Assembly: GCA_965235115.1 (NCBI GenBank)
Contig: OZ249438.1
Location: forward strand, 28,458,001 to 28,522,000
DNA: 64,000 nt
Direction: 5' to 3'
DNA from: Laetmonice hystrix
Lineage: Eukaryota
The translations under genes were made by a program, and so were the position numbers. Below the pieces are notes generated by a model, which did not search any database, was not told the origin of the DNA, and worked only from the letters and a program-made list of their open reading frames with translations. Shown in pieces: positions 39,112-53,235 of this stretch (the first letter of the stretch is position 1; each line of letters begins with the position of its first letter).

Positions 39112-40784
39112 AGCATTCGCATCAGATGCCAGTCAGTTCTTCAGACGAGCTCAGCATGTAAACCCTTAACTGCTGCAGATAGGGTCTTCATTTGCTTTTG
39201 GCGATCAGAGCAGAGCTCTGGGCTTGCTCGGCTATAAAACACAGAGCAGCACTACTAATCCTATCTCAGGCAGGGCCGGCCCACTTAGGCCACCAACACA
39301 GCAAACCCCCCAGTGTAATCTCACAGAGCCAACGGAATCTCTTAGCCAGCATGCCTGTATACGGGTGTGCAAGAATGTACATAAAATCGACATTTAGTCA
39401 AACACACCACCGTTTCAAAGACCTTAACAACAGGTACCTGATCAACATCTCGATCCACGAGTTACCTACATGCAACCTTAGTATAACTGAACGACTTATT
39501 AGGTTTCCGAAGTCGAGGTAAGCTTTGACAACACCCCCACCCTGTCTTGGTTTGGTGATCTAACGGTAGAAGAGGAGTAGGTCGATACGTGAGCAGGTTG
39601 TACTGACCCCGCTCCTGTTATACCACAACATCCGTATAGACCTCACCCATCCAACAGGGCGCGTCTCGTCCGGCAGCGTTCACCTGGTCAATTAAAATCC
39701 TGTAATTATCCTCTGAAATATACAACACGGTCGTGAAGATAGAGATACGTCGGTAGTGTTATTTGGGGGATAGTCGTACATTTTTAGGATATAATTATAC
39801 ATTTATTTAAACCTTTACTCTCGACTCCGCCGCTCAGGTCGTCCATGTTTCACGTCCCGTTTCCGCACAGGTGTAAACATACGTAAACCAATTAACCGTT
39901 TCCCGATGTAAGCCAGTTAACTCTACTGGTCCTGCCAATAGATCAATATCCGTCACAGGTTTAGATGAAGTGTTATAACCTGACGTGACATTACAAGGTT
40001 TAGCTAAACGTCGCAGTCCGTGTCTGTGGGCAGGCCTCGAGTCAGACACAACGTCCCCTACACTCCATCCAGCCTACCAACCTCCAGCCGCCGGACGCCT
40101 CCTCCTCCTCCTCCTCCTCCTCCCCCTCCTCCTCCTCCTGGGGGTCTGTCTGGTCGACCTCCATGTGACTGTCCACCAGTCAATATCGGGACAAATCTCA
40201 AGTCGACCCTCCCCCCGACAAGTTACCGCCACACAGAGTGCAAAACGTTGTCGTGGCTAGTCGTTGAGCGTCCATAGGGTCAGCATGTCAAGTCCTTCTA
40301 CTCGGGTCCCAATCATTTTATTCACCATATTATATTGATAGAGTCGTGTGTCCCCGGCTGAGGGCCGAGACGGTCTCTCAGCGTCCGGATCGGCTCCAGG
40401 ACGGAACCCACCGATCAACATGAGGTCACTGAGGGCATCACACAGCGCCTGGTGGGTTGGGGACACAGTGTTTGGTGTTCCCACAACCCACCGCCACACC
40501 CTCCGGGACAATCCATTCTCGCACTCACTGGGGCATACATGGTGGCATCCTTCAAGTTTTTCTCACAAACATAATACATGATGAGTAAATATTTGAATCA
40601 AACCGATGTTAAGTCTCGCACTTGACAACCCAGGAATGGATGGTTGGTGCACGCTTTATCCAATCTATTATTCATTTCTTCTGTGTATCATGAAAACTTC
40701 ACATTCAAAGGGGGATTGAATGATTATACAAATAGTCACGCGCAGGCATCACCAATGAAATGACTTAGTTATACGTTTGATCTC

Positions 40785-40900
40785 CCACACAAAAACGTCA
40801 CCGATTTAACGATAACTATAGAGATAACAAACTCTGGTCTCACTATAGTGTGGAACTTCAGCGGCTGCGTTCTCTATCAGACAGGTTCTACAGTCTAAAT
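40785..40900 (+). pseudogene. FN3-like relic (A/B strands) running into the 70-bp array
   Basis: PHKNVTDLTITIEITNSGLTIVWNFSGCVLYQTGSTV*; DL.I..EIT.S.LTI.W is a close fit to the FN3 N-terminal half. Confidence 0.42.
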
Positions 40901-41186
40901 ACCGTGGTCTCACTATAGTGTGGAACTTCAGCGGCTGCGTTCTCTATCAGACAGGTTCTACAGTCTAAATACCGTGGTCTCACTATAGTGTGGAACATCA
41001 GCGGCTGCGTTCTCTATCAGACAGGTTCTACAGTCTAAATACCGTGGTCTCACTATAGTGTGGAACATCAGCGGCTGCGTTCTCTATCAGACAGGTTCTA
41101 CAGTCTAAATACCGTGGTCTCACTATAGTGTGGAACTTCAGCGGCTGCGTTCTCTATCAGACAGGTTCTACAGTCTAAATACCGTG
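40835..41186. repeat. Minisatellite, 70 bp x5
   Basis: TGGTCTCACTATAGTGTGGAAC(T/A)TCAGCGGCTGCGTTCTCTATCAGACAGGTTCTACAGTCTAAATACCG at 40835, 40905, 40975, 41045 and 41115. Confidence 0.97.
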
Positions 41187-42743
41187 CAAGTTTGAGATAC
41201 TTAGTTTGACGACAGTAAGGTTCTCCGTACTGGTTTCTATATCCTGACTGAGTTCACAACCACAGTATATAAAGGATCGAGGTCCGGTTAGTGAGAATGC
41301 ACGAGGCGTAGTCCTTCTGGTCTTTCAAGTCTCTCAAACATTAATTAATCATAGCGGCATTCTGATTCAATCAATTGACCAATCCAACGCATGTCTGGAT
41401 CAATCAGACAAACAAGCGGTTCACCGACTGGTGTGGTAGTACGGCCGGCCTGCCACTGCCGCCCACCGGCCCGCCACTGCCGGCTGGCCCGCTGCCACAG
41501 ACCCTTACCTTACGTAAGCCACCCCCTGTACCATGATTAAATCGAACACAAGATGAATATGTTCGGTACGAATGTCTTGGTTGGTTCTGATCAGTGCCAC
41601 ACTGCCATGATCCTCCGCGCCCCGCGTACCTGCCCAGTCGTACAACCTCCACATCAGTTGCCCGACGCTATTTGCATTTATAGTGGCTACAACCCTGCAC
41701 TTAGCCCCCAACTTTGTATACTACTCAGTCAGCCTGTCGACACCAATTCTAGCCTAGACCCATGTTCGGGTGCCCCAAGACAAATATTTCAGGCGTTTAC
41801 GTCAAGCGAACCATATTAATATTTAAAATACACTATGTACTCATCGCAGCACATGTGATTTATCATAATGTCACTGTCATATACATCATATACTTTGATT
41901 CTGCCACACCTATATCAGTCAAACATGATAAACCTAAAACAGTATCCTCAGCGGTGAGATTATCAAAGTCCATAAAAATCCTCTTTCACATCATTTCCAT
42001 ATCACTGTTCCTTCTGAAATGATTTGAATCATTTTCTCAGGCCTAAACTGATGACTGCCAGCTTGGACACTAGGACTATCACCAGTCAGTAGACATGTGA
42101 CAATTTTCCTTTCGGTAGGGTTTCCCACTACACCATTATGATAATCGTAAATCTCTGAGAGATTAACTGGCGACCTCCAGTGGCCATTCCCAGCATCTGA
42201 CATCACTGACAGTTCTAGATAATAACATCCGTGGTAGGAACTCTGGGAAGTAATTTCTTTTTCTTATATTTCAGCCCCTTGATCTCTGACCGTTGAGGCT
42301 TTATCACCTCCACCCAAGGTCCGCTTCTCCTGTCCAAATCCTCTCGTCTGTCTCATTACTTCTATCTCGGGCCATACATCCAAGCTATTTCATTTCATTT
42401 TTTTCCAGTCTTTCCTCTATTCTTTTTTCACTCTCAATTTATCAGGAGCTGGCACATCTTGATTTCGAAATAGAGAGAGAGAAAAAAACATTTCACAAAA
42501 TTTGTTGCAAAGTTACAGCCCCTTGATGGCTTGTTTGTAAAAGGGTATTCCTCTTGCATGGGAAATACCACTCAATAATTCCAAAAATGTGACCTGATTT
42601 CTAAGGCAATGACAATTGCACCCCAACCGAGATAATCTGCGTGTATTCCTTTCAAAAGAACGGATCAATATTTAATTAACTGAACATCTTAAACTTTAAT
42701 TTGTAGTATCTGAAAGCACTGAAGTCCTTTGATTTAAATAAAT

Positions 42744-42980
42744 CTACCCAGATATCAAAGTTAATTGTGTTTCATATGAGGATTTCATTTCAACTTTCTC
42801 AACAAAACTGCCTGACAAAACAACATGCAGCCATTCCTTGATATCTGATATATTTACTTCATACTCATAAAAATATATCAATCTTATACTGTTGTCAGCC
42901 CGATATATTGTGATGTTAAAATCAAAACTTCTGTACGGACATATATATGTACGACATAATCTTTTAAAGCTTTGGTTCAT
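42744..42980 (-). mobile_element. Possible decayed LINE (CR1/L2-type) reverse transcriptase fragment
   Basis: ORF track peptide TYICPY...FNITIYRADNSIRLIYF...ISDIKEWL resembles the YADD region followed by ISDIK.W of CR1/L2 RTs. Catalytic motif is altered and neighbouring motifs were not found. Confidence 0.25.
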
Positions 42981-44340
42981 CCAACTGTACGTATTTTTTC
43001 TGATTACTGCTTGTCTTTAAAGTGATCTCATATCTGAAGGCAGTGTTGATGAGCTGCGCCACGGTTCGTTAGTCTATCGGCTCCATCATACACACCACTG
43101 TAATATAACGACATCGTATTTCATTTCCAATCAAGTTTTTTTTAAATACTTTTGTAGCATGTGAACTTATTAAAAATACATGTACGCTAACGATATACCA
43201 AAGTTTTCTGGACAATACCAATGGGAATCTCGTAAATTAATAGCATGCGGGCTGCCACGCCCGTATACAAAAGCCTTTGTAAATCTGTTGTCGCGCGTCT
43301 ACAGAAATCGCTGGTAACTGAATAATGTATATAGAAACGTAACACTCCTGTACGTGTGTAAAAATAAAAGCTACACGACGTTTAACCATACAACCCCGAC
43401 ACATAGTCCACCCGTACAACCATAGGTCCAATATCATACCGGCATAGGTACACATGTAATTCCGGTTATTACACAGACTGGGGAGGAATGTCTCATGTTG
43501 ACTGCATTCTCCCACACAAATCTCTACAAATCGTCAATGGAGAAAGTCTGAACACTTGATGGCACGTTGAGTGTAGGCAGGTGTAGGTGTAGACTGTAGC
43601 TGTAATGGTTATCGACCGGCAGAGAGGTTGATGTGGTGTTAACGGTACATATATCACAACGCTTACTCACAACGCTCTCAGGATGTGTCGAGATCGGACG
43701 GTGCAAATATGGATGAAATAAAAAGTGCGCATCAATTCGGATGAAAAAACTCCAGTCCAATGTAAGGTGTATTAACACATGACGGCATGGCATGATTGAC
43801 TCTCCGGGTGCAGGCAATCTATGCTGTATACCAAGCAATCACCTTTTTCATCCAACTATACCCACCCTAATCATGGTGTACAGTTATACACAAATACATA
43901 TATCTGATCTATACATGTTGATGGTACGTGACTACATGAACCAACCTGAGCCATTGCATCGAAGGTCAAAGTTGATGCCGGGAGGTCGTGGAGGAGGTCC
44001 CAGGGCCGATATATTCGGAGGTCGAAAACAGCAGTTGAAAGCGTCCGTTGCTGTTGGCAACACCATTCCGACAGAGACCAGCACCAGGACAACCATCTAT
44101 CGAGGAAGACACAGAACAGGGCATCGTCAGAAACCAAGTAATACAATATACCACTAGGACTTTTGTCTCATTAAACCTAAAAACACTCTCCTCGAGCGAC
44201 TGTCAACACAGTCAAATTCAATAAAGATGGTGAGAAATGAAATTATAGTGTTTTTATTCGTAATAGTGAAGCTATTTTCAGTTTGTACATAAGGTAGCCC
44301 TTCATACCACGAACATTTATCGACTTTCACCTTTAGTCCT

Positions 44341-44458
44341 AAAAACTACAAGAAATTCTGGGTTGGCTCAACTACTTACATGACTAATCAAAACACCGTT
44401 AAAAACTACAAGAAATTCTGGGTTTGCTCAACTACTTACATGACTAATCAAAACATCG
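44341..44458. repeat. Tandem duplication, 60 bp x2
   Basis: AAAAACTACAAGAAATTCTGGGTT(G/T)GCTCAACTACTTACATGACTAATCAAAACA twice. Confidence 0.9.
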
Positions 44459-45305
44459 TAGTTGCAATGAACCCTCATATACATGTAGATAGCATATAAA
44501 GGATGTGTTTCGGATCGAAGTGATGTTAGTTTTTGAACGGAATAATATAATGATGGTGACATGTAGCATAACAACTGGTATCCTCATGGATGATAGCGGG
44601 ACGTAGCAACAACTAATGGACGTTTGTAACGAGCATCTCGTCCTGAAAGAAACTGAACATCTACACCACAATGAATGAACACGAGATCTCAATATCATCG
44701 TACAGGTCGGGGTCGTCGTCATAACAACGCCCATAAAAACACAGAGGCGCCACTTTCTGGATATCAAACGAGTATCTGATACCTGAGCAAGTGGTCACTA
44801 CAAGTTAATGCATGCCCTCGTCCTCGTTAATATTGCATACGTCCGATATATATTTCCAAAACTCTCACGAAATAAACCGATTAATGTAATAGCATCGTGA
44901 TTAGATCTACCACTTGTGGTAACCTTCGACCGTAGGAAAAACAATCGTACACTACGGGCCGTGATTATGTTGGGCCATGGACCGTGATTATGTTGGGCCA
45001 TGGACCAATGATGGGTAATCAATGTACGCAGCACGATCTGTGGGCGGTATATGTATCTCAGGGTCGCTGACACCTGGCCATGTCTGCCATGTCCGTGATC
45101 GAGAAGAGGACTGATTGTGGTAGCATGTTTCCCGACTACAGTCACCTGACAACGCTGATTGCTAGTCCGGCCCACTGAAGACCCCCCCCCCCCCCCTCCT
45201 CCTCCTCCTCCTGCTGTGCCGACCATTAGAAAAGTTGGGCACAGACGGAGGTCTGTCAATGTGCATGCACGCACCTGCCACGCCACAACGAACGCTACAC
45301 GAGTA

Positions 45306-45491
45306 CCCGTTTTGTTGCGACTCGTTTTAAACCAAGGACCGGGAAGTGTTGCCCAGGAATGGAGCCCGTCCGCAGCACAGGGGGTCAGTTACACAGGGAA
45401 CCTGTTACTCGGCAATGGTACATGCAATGAGTGTTCAGCACGAAATCACTCGATCGTCGGACTCATGAAGGGATCGAATACCTCCTACTGA
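45306..45491 (+). pseudogene. FN3-like relic, A to F strands in one frame, ending at a stop
   Basis: PVLLRLVLNQGPGSVAQEWSP...VSYTGNLLL...RNHSIVGLMKGSNTSY*; W-x-P, TG and I.GL....T.Y occur in the expected order. Confidence 0.4.
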
Positions 45492-45498
45492 ACGTGTC

Positions 45499-45675
45499 GA
45501 ATGGCCATAAGCATATACTTGACACAGAATGGCCATAGGCCTATACTTGACACAGAATGGCCATAAGCCTATACTTGACACAGAATGGCCATAAGCCTAT
45601 ACTTGACACAGAATGGCCATAGGCCTATACTTGACACAGAATGGCCATAGGCCTATACTTGACACAGAATGGCCA
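45499..45675. repeat. Minisatellite, 28 bp x6.3
   Basis: GAATGGCCATA(G/A)GCCTATACTTGACACA. Confidence 0.95.
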
Positions 45676-48600
45676 AATTCACTGTATTCCTGAGGTGTTT
45701 CCATCATTTTCCAGTTGGTCAAGATTTGACTTTATATCATGCTCACAAAGCCATCAAAAAATGCAAAATCTCTTAAAATGTATGTACTTGTTACCAAATT
45801 ATCTTCAATGTACCCTGAGGGATCATCTGAAATACATGTATAGGCCTAAGTATGTTGCCGGAGTGGTCCGAGCCATCTGTCAGGAGGATAGATGGGAGGG
45901 ACAGCTGAGATAGTGGAGGAGCTCGACACCACACGGAACAATAACCCAATCTGGGGCCTGTAAAGAGAGCCAGGCCCGACGAGTCCCCAGTCTATACCGT
46001 CACCAGCGCCACACCTGGGAGTAAACCATGTGACACTAACAAAGGCAGCAGTTCTCCAGCTCCAGACAGCTGGCTCCTTGGGATATCTTTCCCGGAGGAA
46101 AGACTAACCATCTCTTTCCCCTCAAGATTCCACCACCAGTCTGTTTTCTCCATGCCCAAATGGATTTGTGGTCTGCTCGGACACCGCTGAATAAATACAA
46201 CAGTTACCCTCGGGAGGAGTAGAATAACTCGATTCTCTTCTTTGCAGTAATTACATTTACCTCGACGTTATTATTATTAAAGCGTTCTACACAGCACACC
46301 GTTACCACAACATTAACAAAAACAGCTTCTTTAAATCTCGTAAATATGCTACACCAGGCAATGGATGGCTGGAACAAAGCGTCGATCAATACTTCCTGCC
46401 ATTATTTTTGCAGAAGCATCAAAGATTCAAACCCGTCATGAAATAAACAGGGAGGTGCCCTTAGGTGTACCCTGCTGTGTGAAAAAACTACTTAAAATTC
46501 TGCGTTTTGAACGAAGTTTTTAGATAATCAATAGGATTCCCCCACAACCACATGGGACAGAGCGTGGGCAACTGTGCATTAAATACAATCAATACTGATC
46601 AATGACCTGTAATCAGCAGACCATAAGGTGTATTCTTAAACAGATCGATACATCTCTCTCAGCCAGGTGGTTCGTACATCAAGGTGGTCGTTCAATAATA
46701 GCGGAGATTCTCATCACCGTGTTCTGACCACCCAGCACAATAAACACAACGCTTTCTTCCCACACTAAGAGGCCAAGCGTTAACCAGTATATGTTCACTC
46801 TGTCGGCTTTCATTGAAAATAACTAGAAAGAAAAGCTATTCTGCTTCTTTGTTTTTTAAGAAGACGCACAATGTCCGAAGCAAATTACGCTGGACGAATG
46901 CCTCAGATTGGCACAAACTTCAAAGAAGATGGGCTGGGTAACAGACACTCACATACCTGTATTTGGATCAAGATAGGCAACTGAAAAGAATCCACATGTG
47001 GCCCATCATTTCTTAAGCATATAGTTTCTGCATTTCGGTACTTCTCCAGTGACCTCTGCTGGCTAATTAAACCTTTGAGGAAAACATGTATTAAGACCCA
47101 AATAATACGAACATTCCCAGACCAAGTTACAAATCAAATCTACGAGCCAGGATTCTCCATTAATTAAGAATCCATGACCCAAGATTATCGTTTTACAGTT
47201 AACATTTCTTAATACGTACTGTAACTTGTAAGTGATCCTTCTATTCCTAACGCACACCAAATGATAGTTTTTGGGTCTATGTCCTCAGCTGTTGTTTAGT
47301 ACAGACGGTCATCCTCAGCAGGCCTTCAAACTGGACTATACTGTAGCCTCTGGCTCTCGGTGGGCACCACCATCCACAACATTCACAGCAAGATATCAGA
47401 AATCAGGATAATTTTTTTTAATGTTTTAATGAGGTCAATTTACGAGGGAAGGGAGGGTTTTTAGTTTCCACGAACCACATGTCCACGGCCGCCAAGGGCC
47501 GTTTGACGGAACGTGTTCTCGACACTACCATGCATGCTATATATTTTCATGTCACGACTAAATTCTGAATTATGACAAATGTAGGTATAAAGTTTAAGAT
47601 TAAGAAAGGCTATGGTGACAGAGTTTGAATTAAGGGCTTTCGACATGTGGCCAATACGATCAGCCCCGGTGTAGGAAGGGACGGCTGATGGTATTGGCTA
47701 TCGACATGGAGCTATATATTCGGAGCGTCTGTCTACCGAACATAGTTTATATACTGAAACAAGGGCACTGAATGACACGTACCTGCACGACCCCAACCAC
47801 CTACAGCTACCGTTACTTGGAATTCCAACACTGTTCAAACAAGGTCAAAAGCCAGTTGTTTGTATCTTTTAACGATGTTTTATTCGTCTGATGTAACATG
47901 AAGGAATTTAACATCACTGGTAAAAAGTTAATTTGCTGGCCGCGTGTTTGCGGGGACTGAGTATTGGTTGTCTAGCAGAACCTGAATGGATTGATTGAAT
48001 TCACTTTATCTGATATCATCATCACATCCGGAGAGTTTTATTGAAAGGGCGTAGTGTCGGACTGAATGTGAATCAATGACAACTGTTTAAGGTGGGGAGA
48101 TATTGGCCTCCTACCCAAAGCTTTCTCTGTATCTTCAATGCCTCGTGATCCCGACAGTCCCGCCGAGCTGCGACCCAAAGCTGTTTTATATTCTACAGCC
48201 TGCACTATGGCAAGTCAGCCACTCACACAGCTCACAGCCTCACCGCCCAGGTGACACAAGTGGTTCACATTCTCAAAGTGTTCTAATTATTAAATGAATT
48301 CTGGCGTGTGAACAATTATTCATGGAGTAACTCCTAGGTAGAGAGGGAACCCTTCAAGGTTTCAAATATTACCCGCAGTATCTTGTATACTGGACGCATA
48401 TCTATGGAGTAAACTGGTCAAAGAGAGCCATTGCATGAAGACTACTGACATCATCATATTTTTCAAGCCCTTTCGTCTTGAGACCTGGTGCAGTGAACCA
48501 ACCTTGTTATGTTCCTGTTTCTGACTGCCGGGGAAGTCCTTCAGTGACGAGTGCTTGCTCAGTTGTGTTTCTTATTGTGACGATACATTCAAAATCCATC

Positions 48601-50025
48601 AATGTGCGTTTTCACTTCCCCAACTCCTCATACACAAGTTGGTACCTTACAAGACTGCCTCAGTATGTAAACATCACGTTGCCTGGACTTTGCGGATATC
48701 ACACTTCATGAACTTGGGGTGGGGATTCTTAGTACGACAAACGTCCTACTGATGTGAATGCCACAGTTAGTACAAAGGTGTTAAAGCCTGGGTTTCACCC
48801 AGAGCGACTAGATTTCACAACTTCTGAACACCATGGTACATCTCTCACTGCAACAGTATATTCTAATGGTCAACTGTAAAACATAGAGTCTGCCGGCCAT
48901 ATCCAACTAGTTCTTGTCAGTTAGAAACTGGGTTCCATCGCTCACGTAAACAGCGACAGTGGCGCCACCTGGTCGGTAATAAACCAGTATCAAATGGAGG
49001 TGGAGAAACTCCTCCACTGCAAGCCAATATAGATCTATAGCTATCAATGACCATGAGGGTCAGCGCTATGACCACAAAATACAGTCCACTGGCTGGACCC
49101 TGGATGTTACATGCTCCAGTGGCAACATATCCCTCCAGGTCCATCCGTCTGTTTGGTTGTACTTTCTATAAGGCCCATCAAACCTGACACTTCCTCACCC
49201 AGGACTGCCCACAGCTATACAACAATCGACCTGACTTTGTTCAATACAACAATACCAACAGAAGTGACCAGTGGGCAGCCACAACTAACCCGAGGCCTCG
49301 GATTCAATGTTAATCTATCAACTGTTGGTTTTCAATTACTGTCGTGAGTCTACTACTCTGTCTGATTTAAATGAAGCCGCTTCTGTCCTTTCTTTAGGCA
49401 GGCTTTCCCCTCCGGCTGCTGCAGTAGGTATTGACATAACAGCCTTGCACCTAGTAACTCGGCACTAATATCATAATTCATTATAACGCGGCGCTAGTTT
49501 ATGTTAATATACATGAGCGGCGGTACAATACACGGATAGCATTCGAGCCATGTATGACAACCCTCAGCAGACTGATACCTATAGATCGTCACTGGAGGTA
49601 TGTCCCAGAGAATCACGAGTGACAAGATCAATGTACTCTATGGACAATTCGTTCCCTTACCACAATGCAGGCCTCCTGTACTTAACACTTCATGAATCCC
49701 ACCTCCGCAAATTACCTCCTGGATGCACGGACGGTCGGCCTCAGCAGACGACCCCCGATAGTGACGGCCTCTGTCACCAGGGGGCCGACGTCTGTAGACG
49801 CGCCTGGTCTGCTATTGACGAGGTTCTGACAATCGACCTCAGAACGAGCTGTAAACTGACAAACGTTAGCATTCAGTGCGACTCGCTCCAGTGGTACCGA
49901 CAGAGACAGATTCCACGCCTGTCAAAGTGAGAGTCACTGACTGTGACAAACGATGACTCTGCTGAGACTGTTCAGGCTCTGGTGGGTTTGAGAGAGGGCT
50001 TCTACTGTAAGGGATCCGGACGTGA

Positions 50026-50102
50026 AGGAGGTCTGTGACTGTCACTGGTTCCTTGAGAAATGCATGAGATACCAGCCCTGTGGGTATCAAGTCAAGTACC
50101 AA
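50026..50102 (+). pseudogene. FN3-like fragment (B and C strands)
   Basis: RRSVTVT / (1-nt shift) WFLEKCMRYQPCGYQVKYQ*. Confidence 0.3.
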
Positions 50103-53100
50103 TAATGAAACAATAGCCTCCCAGTCCCGACACACCGTCTCTGTCCCTCGGCCTGCTGCCGTGGCTTTCTGCTACCATTCATGGTTAATTTAACGCTTTG
50201 AAAATAGGGAGCACCGATCAAAGGCGACACGGCCCTTGGGGCGCGCACTCGCTCCATCCTAATGTGTTTGTGAGGTAGACAGCGACCAGGAACCTGGCCA
50301 AGCCACCCTGACAATGTTACAAGGAATCTTACCAGATTAGGAGGGCTTGGCCCTGACTGCGCTGAGGCCGACATAGGTCGAACTCAAACACGTCTGTGGG
50401 TGGGCGGGGGAGAGCACCTTGAGGGCGCCACACCACAGGTGGAAATGATAATCCTGCACGGAAAATTATAAATCCTTCCCTGGTGATACTACAGGGCAGA
50501 TAGATAAACAAACTCTGATAGGCATCTACCTTTAGTTTTAAAAAAAACTGCATCAAGAAATAATAAGTGCAAAAAAAAGAAGGGTTTTCAAAACTGAAGC
50601 CTCCTGTAATCCTCATAAGAACATATATGACATGGCATTCCTAAGGAGCCGACAGTAATGGAATTGTGACACCGTATCTGGCAGGCGATCGCTGAGCCGC
50701 GGTTTAGCCTCCTCCAACAAGGTGTACTTGAGACACTGTCATTTTCTTTCCCCTGAGATCTCTCGCTGGAGGTTGTCGGTTAATCTCGGTTGAACCCCGG
50801 CCGGTACACTGGAGATGATGAACGCCTGCTCCAGGGCGAACTTATCCTCCGACGCTGTCTCTAGGATCGGCCTCCGAAAGGTTCACCCGACATTACTGAC
50901 ATTACCGACAGCTGCGCCCCATCAGACGCTGGCTCCCATAGCTATAGATGGTGGATTCTATAGTTTCTACACCACCTTCCATCTTGATGCAATTTTCTTT
51001 ATAATTTATCATACGACATATAATGAGGAAGATCTGATGTGGATGAAGTTTCGCAAAAAAAAAAAAATAAGACAAACACTTTCATATCAGGTCTGACTTT
51101 GAAGTACAGAGTCTTATGTAAAAATTATGATGGGCCCGATACCCATACTGAACCGTAAAAAAACGTCGACATCGAGGAAGTCTTTTCACAAGCAGATCTA
51201 GTGGAGCGGGTAATGAGGTACGTGAATAAAAGTTACTCTCTGTTCAGGCCAAACATTTCGAGGATGGCAGGTCAAGATATCCATGTCTCGATCCCCACAC
51301 TCATGATAATTTCTTCATCTCAGCTCAATCCTAACAATGCCGGTATCTGAAGTATCTGATGTTATCTTACACCCGCCATGAAAATATCCGTCCTTTCGCT
51401 GCTGATATCGTGTCAACCCATCAGTCATTATCACTATTACCGTATCTACCGTCACGGTATGCTGACGCTTTGCTATCTGACTGCATATCTACTGTGTGAG
51501 CAAACGGGGCCTTGCGGACTACCGTACCGTACTCAATGACAGTAATTTACATTATCTGACTATACTGACGGTAGGTGATAATATCTGACTTTCTGCCACT
51601 CTGAAACTGTCATATCTGCAACGCTCACTTACAGCTTCAATTACACACCAGCCAGATCTGCAGTAATGAAGACTACACAAATAAATACATTAAACATCAG
51701 TTTAGCGTGTTGCCTTTGATGAAGATGAATGGGCCGGGCCAGGTAAGAGTTTGGGTAAACTGGTGAGGTGTACGGTGGGAGGCTTGGTGCCGCCTCACGG
51801 TCACTGTTGTCAGGTGTGTACCATTACAATTTACACTTTCCTCATATATCACACTTGTGTCAACAACCCAAAGCGAGACTTGACGTCCTGCGGCCCCAAT
51901 GGCATGGACCAGTCTTTGCCACGTATGTAAGGCCCCAGCTCATTGGTAGAACCTGGTGTGGTTGCTATAGGTTATTGCCAATTAACCCTGCCTTGTTCTG
52001 AATGGTATTAAATTCCTGGCAAACCAGGATGCCACCTTCAGATATATGCTAATGGCTTGCAATATATGCAGATTTGGGAACCTGATCTACGCACACAGGG
52101 TTCCTTATACTAGAACCTCGGTCTATATCTATACGTTGTTTTAAAGATACTATGAACTAAGTACACATTCCTCCATCCAAACCAGTCTAATAAATGAACC
52201 TTTAGTCAACAATGTTATTTCAATGCGGTAGTCTAAAGGCAGACAGAATACACATTACAATGTCAAGACTTACAGAGTGGTAGGCGTGAACCGTAACGTA
52301 GGGCAGTGGGGACAAACCCCAGACTTCCCACACATTACTGTTGACAGACCGCCATGGTCAGGACTTGTGTCTGTGTGAATGCCCACCACCGTGGTTACCA
52401 TGCCTCGGGATGCGAGTGCCCGTAAAAACGAGCGCCACGGCAGAAACACGGCCTAGGTTTTGTGGATTTAATTGGCAGGTCGACAACAAAATCTCCACCG
52501 GGAAAAAAAACAAACAAACAGAAACAAGATAACACTTGGTTTGCCCTTGGGATTTGTTCCTGGTACGTTTAATCAAAGCAATTCATAACAAAAACTGTTC
52601 ACTTGTATTACTGAGTAGGGGGAAAACCAAGTAACAGAGTACGATAACTAAATTACGACGCATCCAAACCGTCCTAGTCCCGAGCAAAGTCCACTATTAC
52701 CGACCTAGAGAACAAGAATACAGAGGTTCTCACGAAGTCCAGTCAGATCGGGGTCCAGACTTTCCGGTTAAGGCGACTGTCAGTACTGTTTATACCATCA
52801 AACGTAGTCCGGCAAATATCTATATACTTGCTAATAAACGGGATATCTGATCCGACTTCACCATGCTTTTATATGGAACGTGTTGAGAGGAGATTGATAT
52901 CTAAATTCTAAGCTTTATTGTACATTGTACATGTATTCCTTATAAGGGAGGGTTTCCCCTTTTTTCATTAGAAAAGCGCCATACAAAGGAAAAGTTGTAC
53001 CTTTGTCGTGTTGCTTTGGAAATGTGATTTAACGTGCTGATTTCCTCCTCTAGGAGAGTGGGGTATTCCACTAAGTGATATACAATGCCATTAGCTCTAT

Positions 53101-53130
53101 TAGACCTTGTAAGAGGAGCCAGAATAAAGT

Positions 53131-53235
53131 AGAGTCTCCACTAGTGATCAGGTGGGGTCGGTGACCCTGACATTGTGCTGTGCCGTGCCGTACCCCTGGG
53201 CCCCCCTAACACCCATTACAGGTGAGGTCAATGGC
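53131..53235 (+). pseudogene. FN3-like fragment (B and C strands)
   Basis: RVSTSDQVGSVTLTLCCAVPYPWAPLTPITGEVNG: SVTLT then PITG-EV, lacking the expected Trp and Tyr. Confidence 0.25.

Noticed and set aside
40835-41186. Resemblance to a T7 promoter (CTCACTATAG) plus BsaI site (GGTCTC), suggesting vector contamination
   Set aside because: The upstream TAATACGA is not matched and no other vector sequence is present; coincidence within a natural-looking repeat.
4016-45196. Many poly-C/poly-G tracts of 10-20 nt (e.g. 4016, 4701, 8720, 19812, 29238, 29342, 30345, 45182)
   Set aside because: Common low-complexity feature with unreliable lengths; no shared flanking structure that I could establish.
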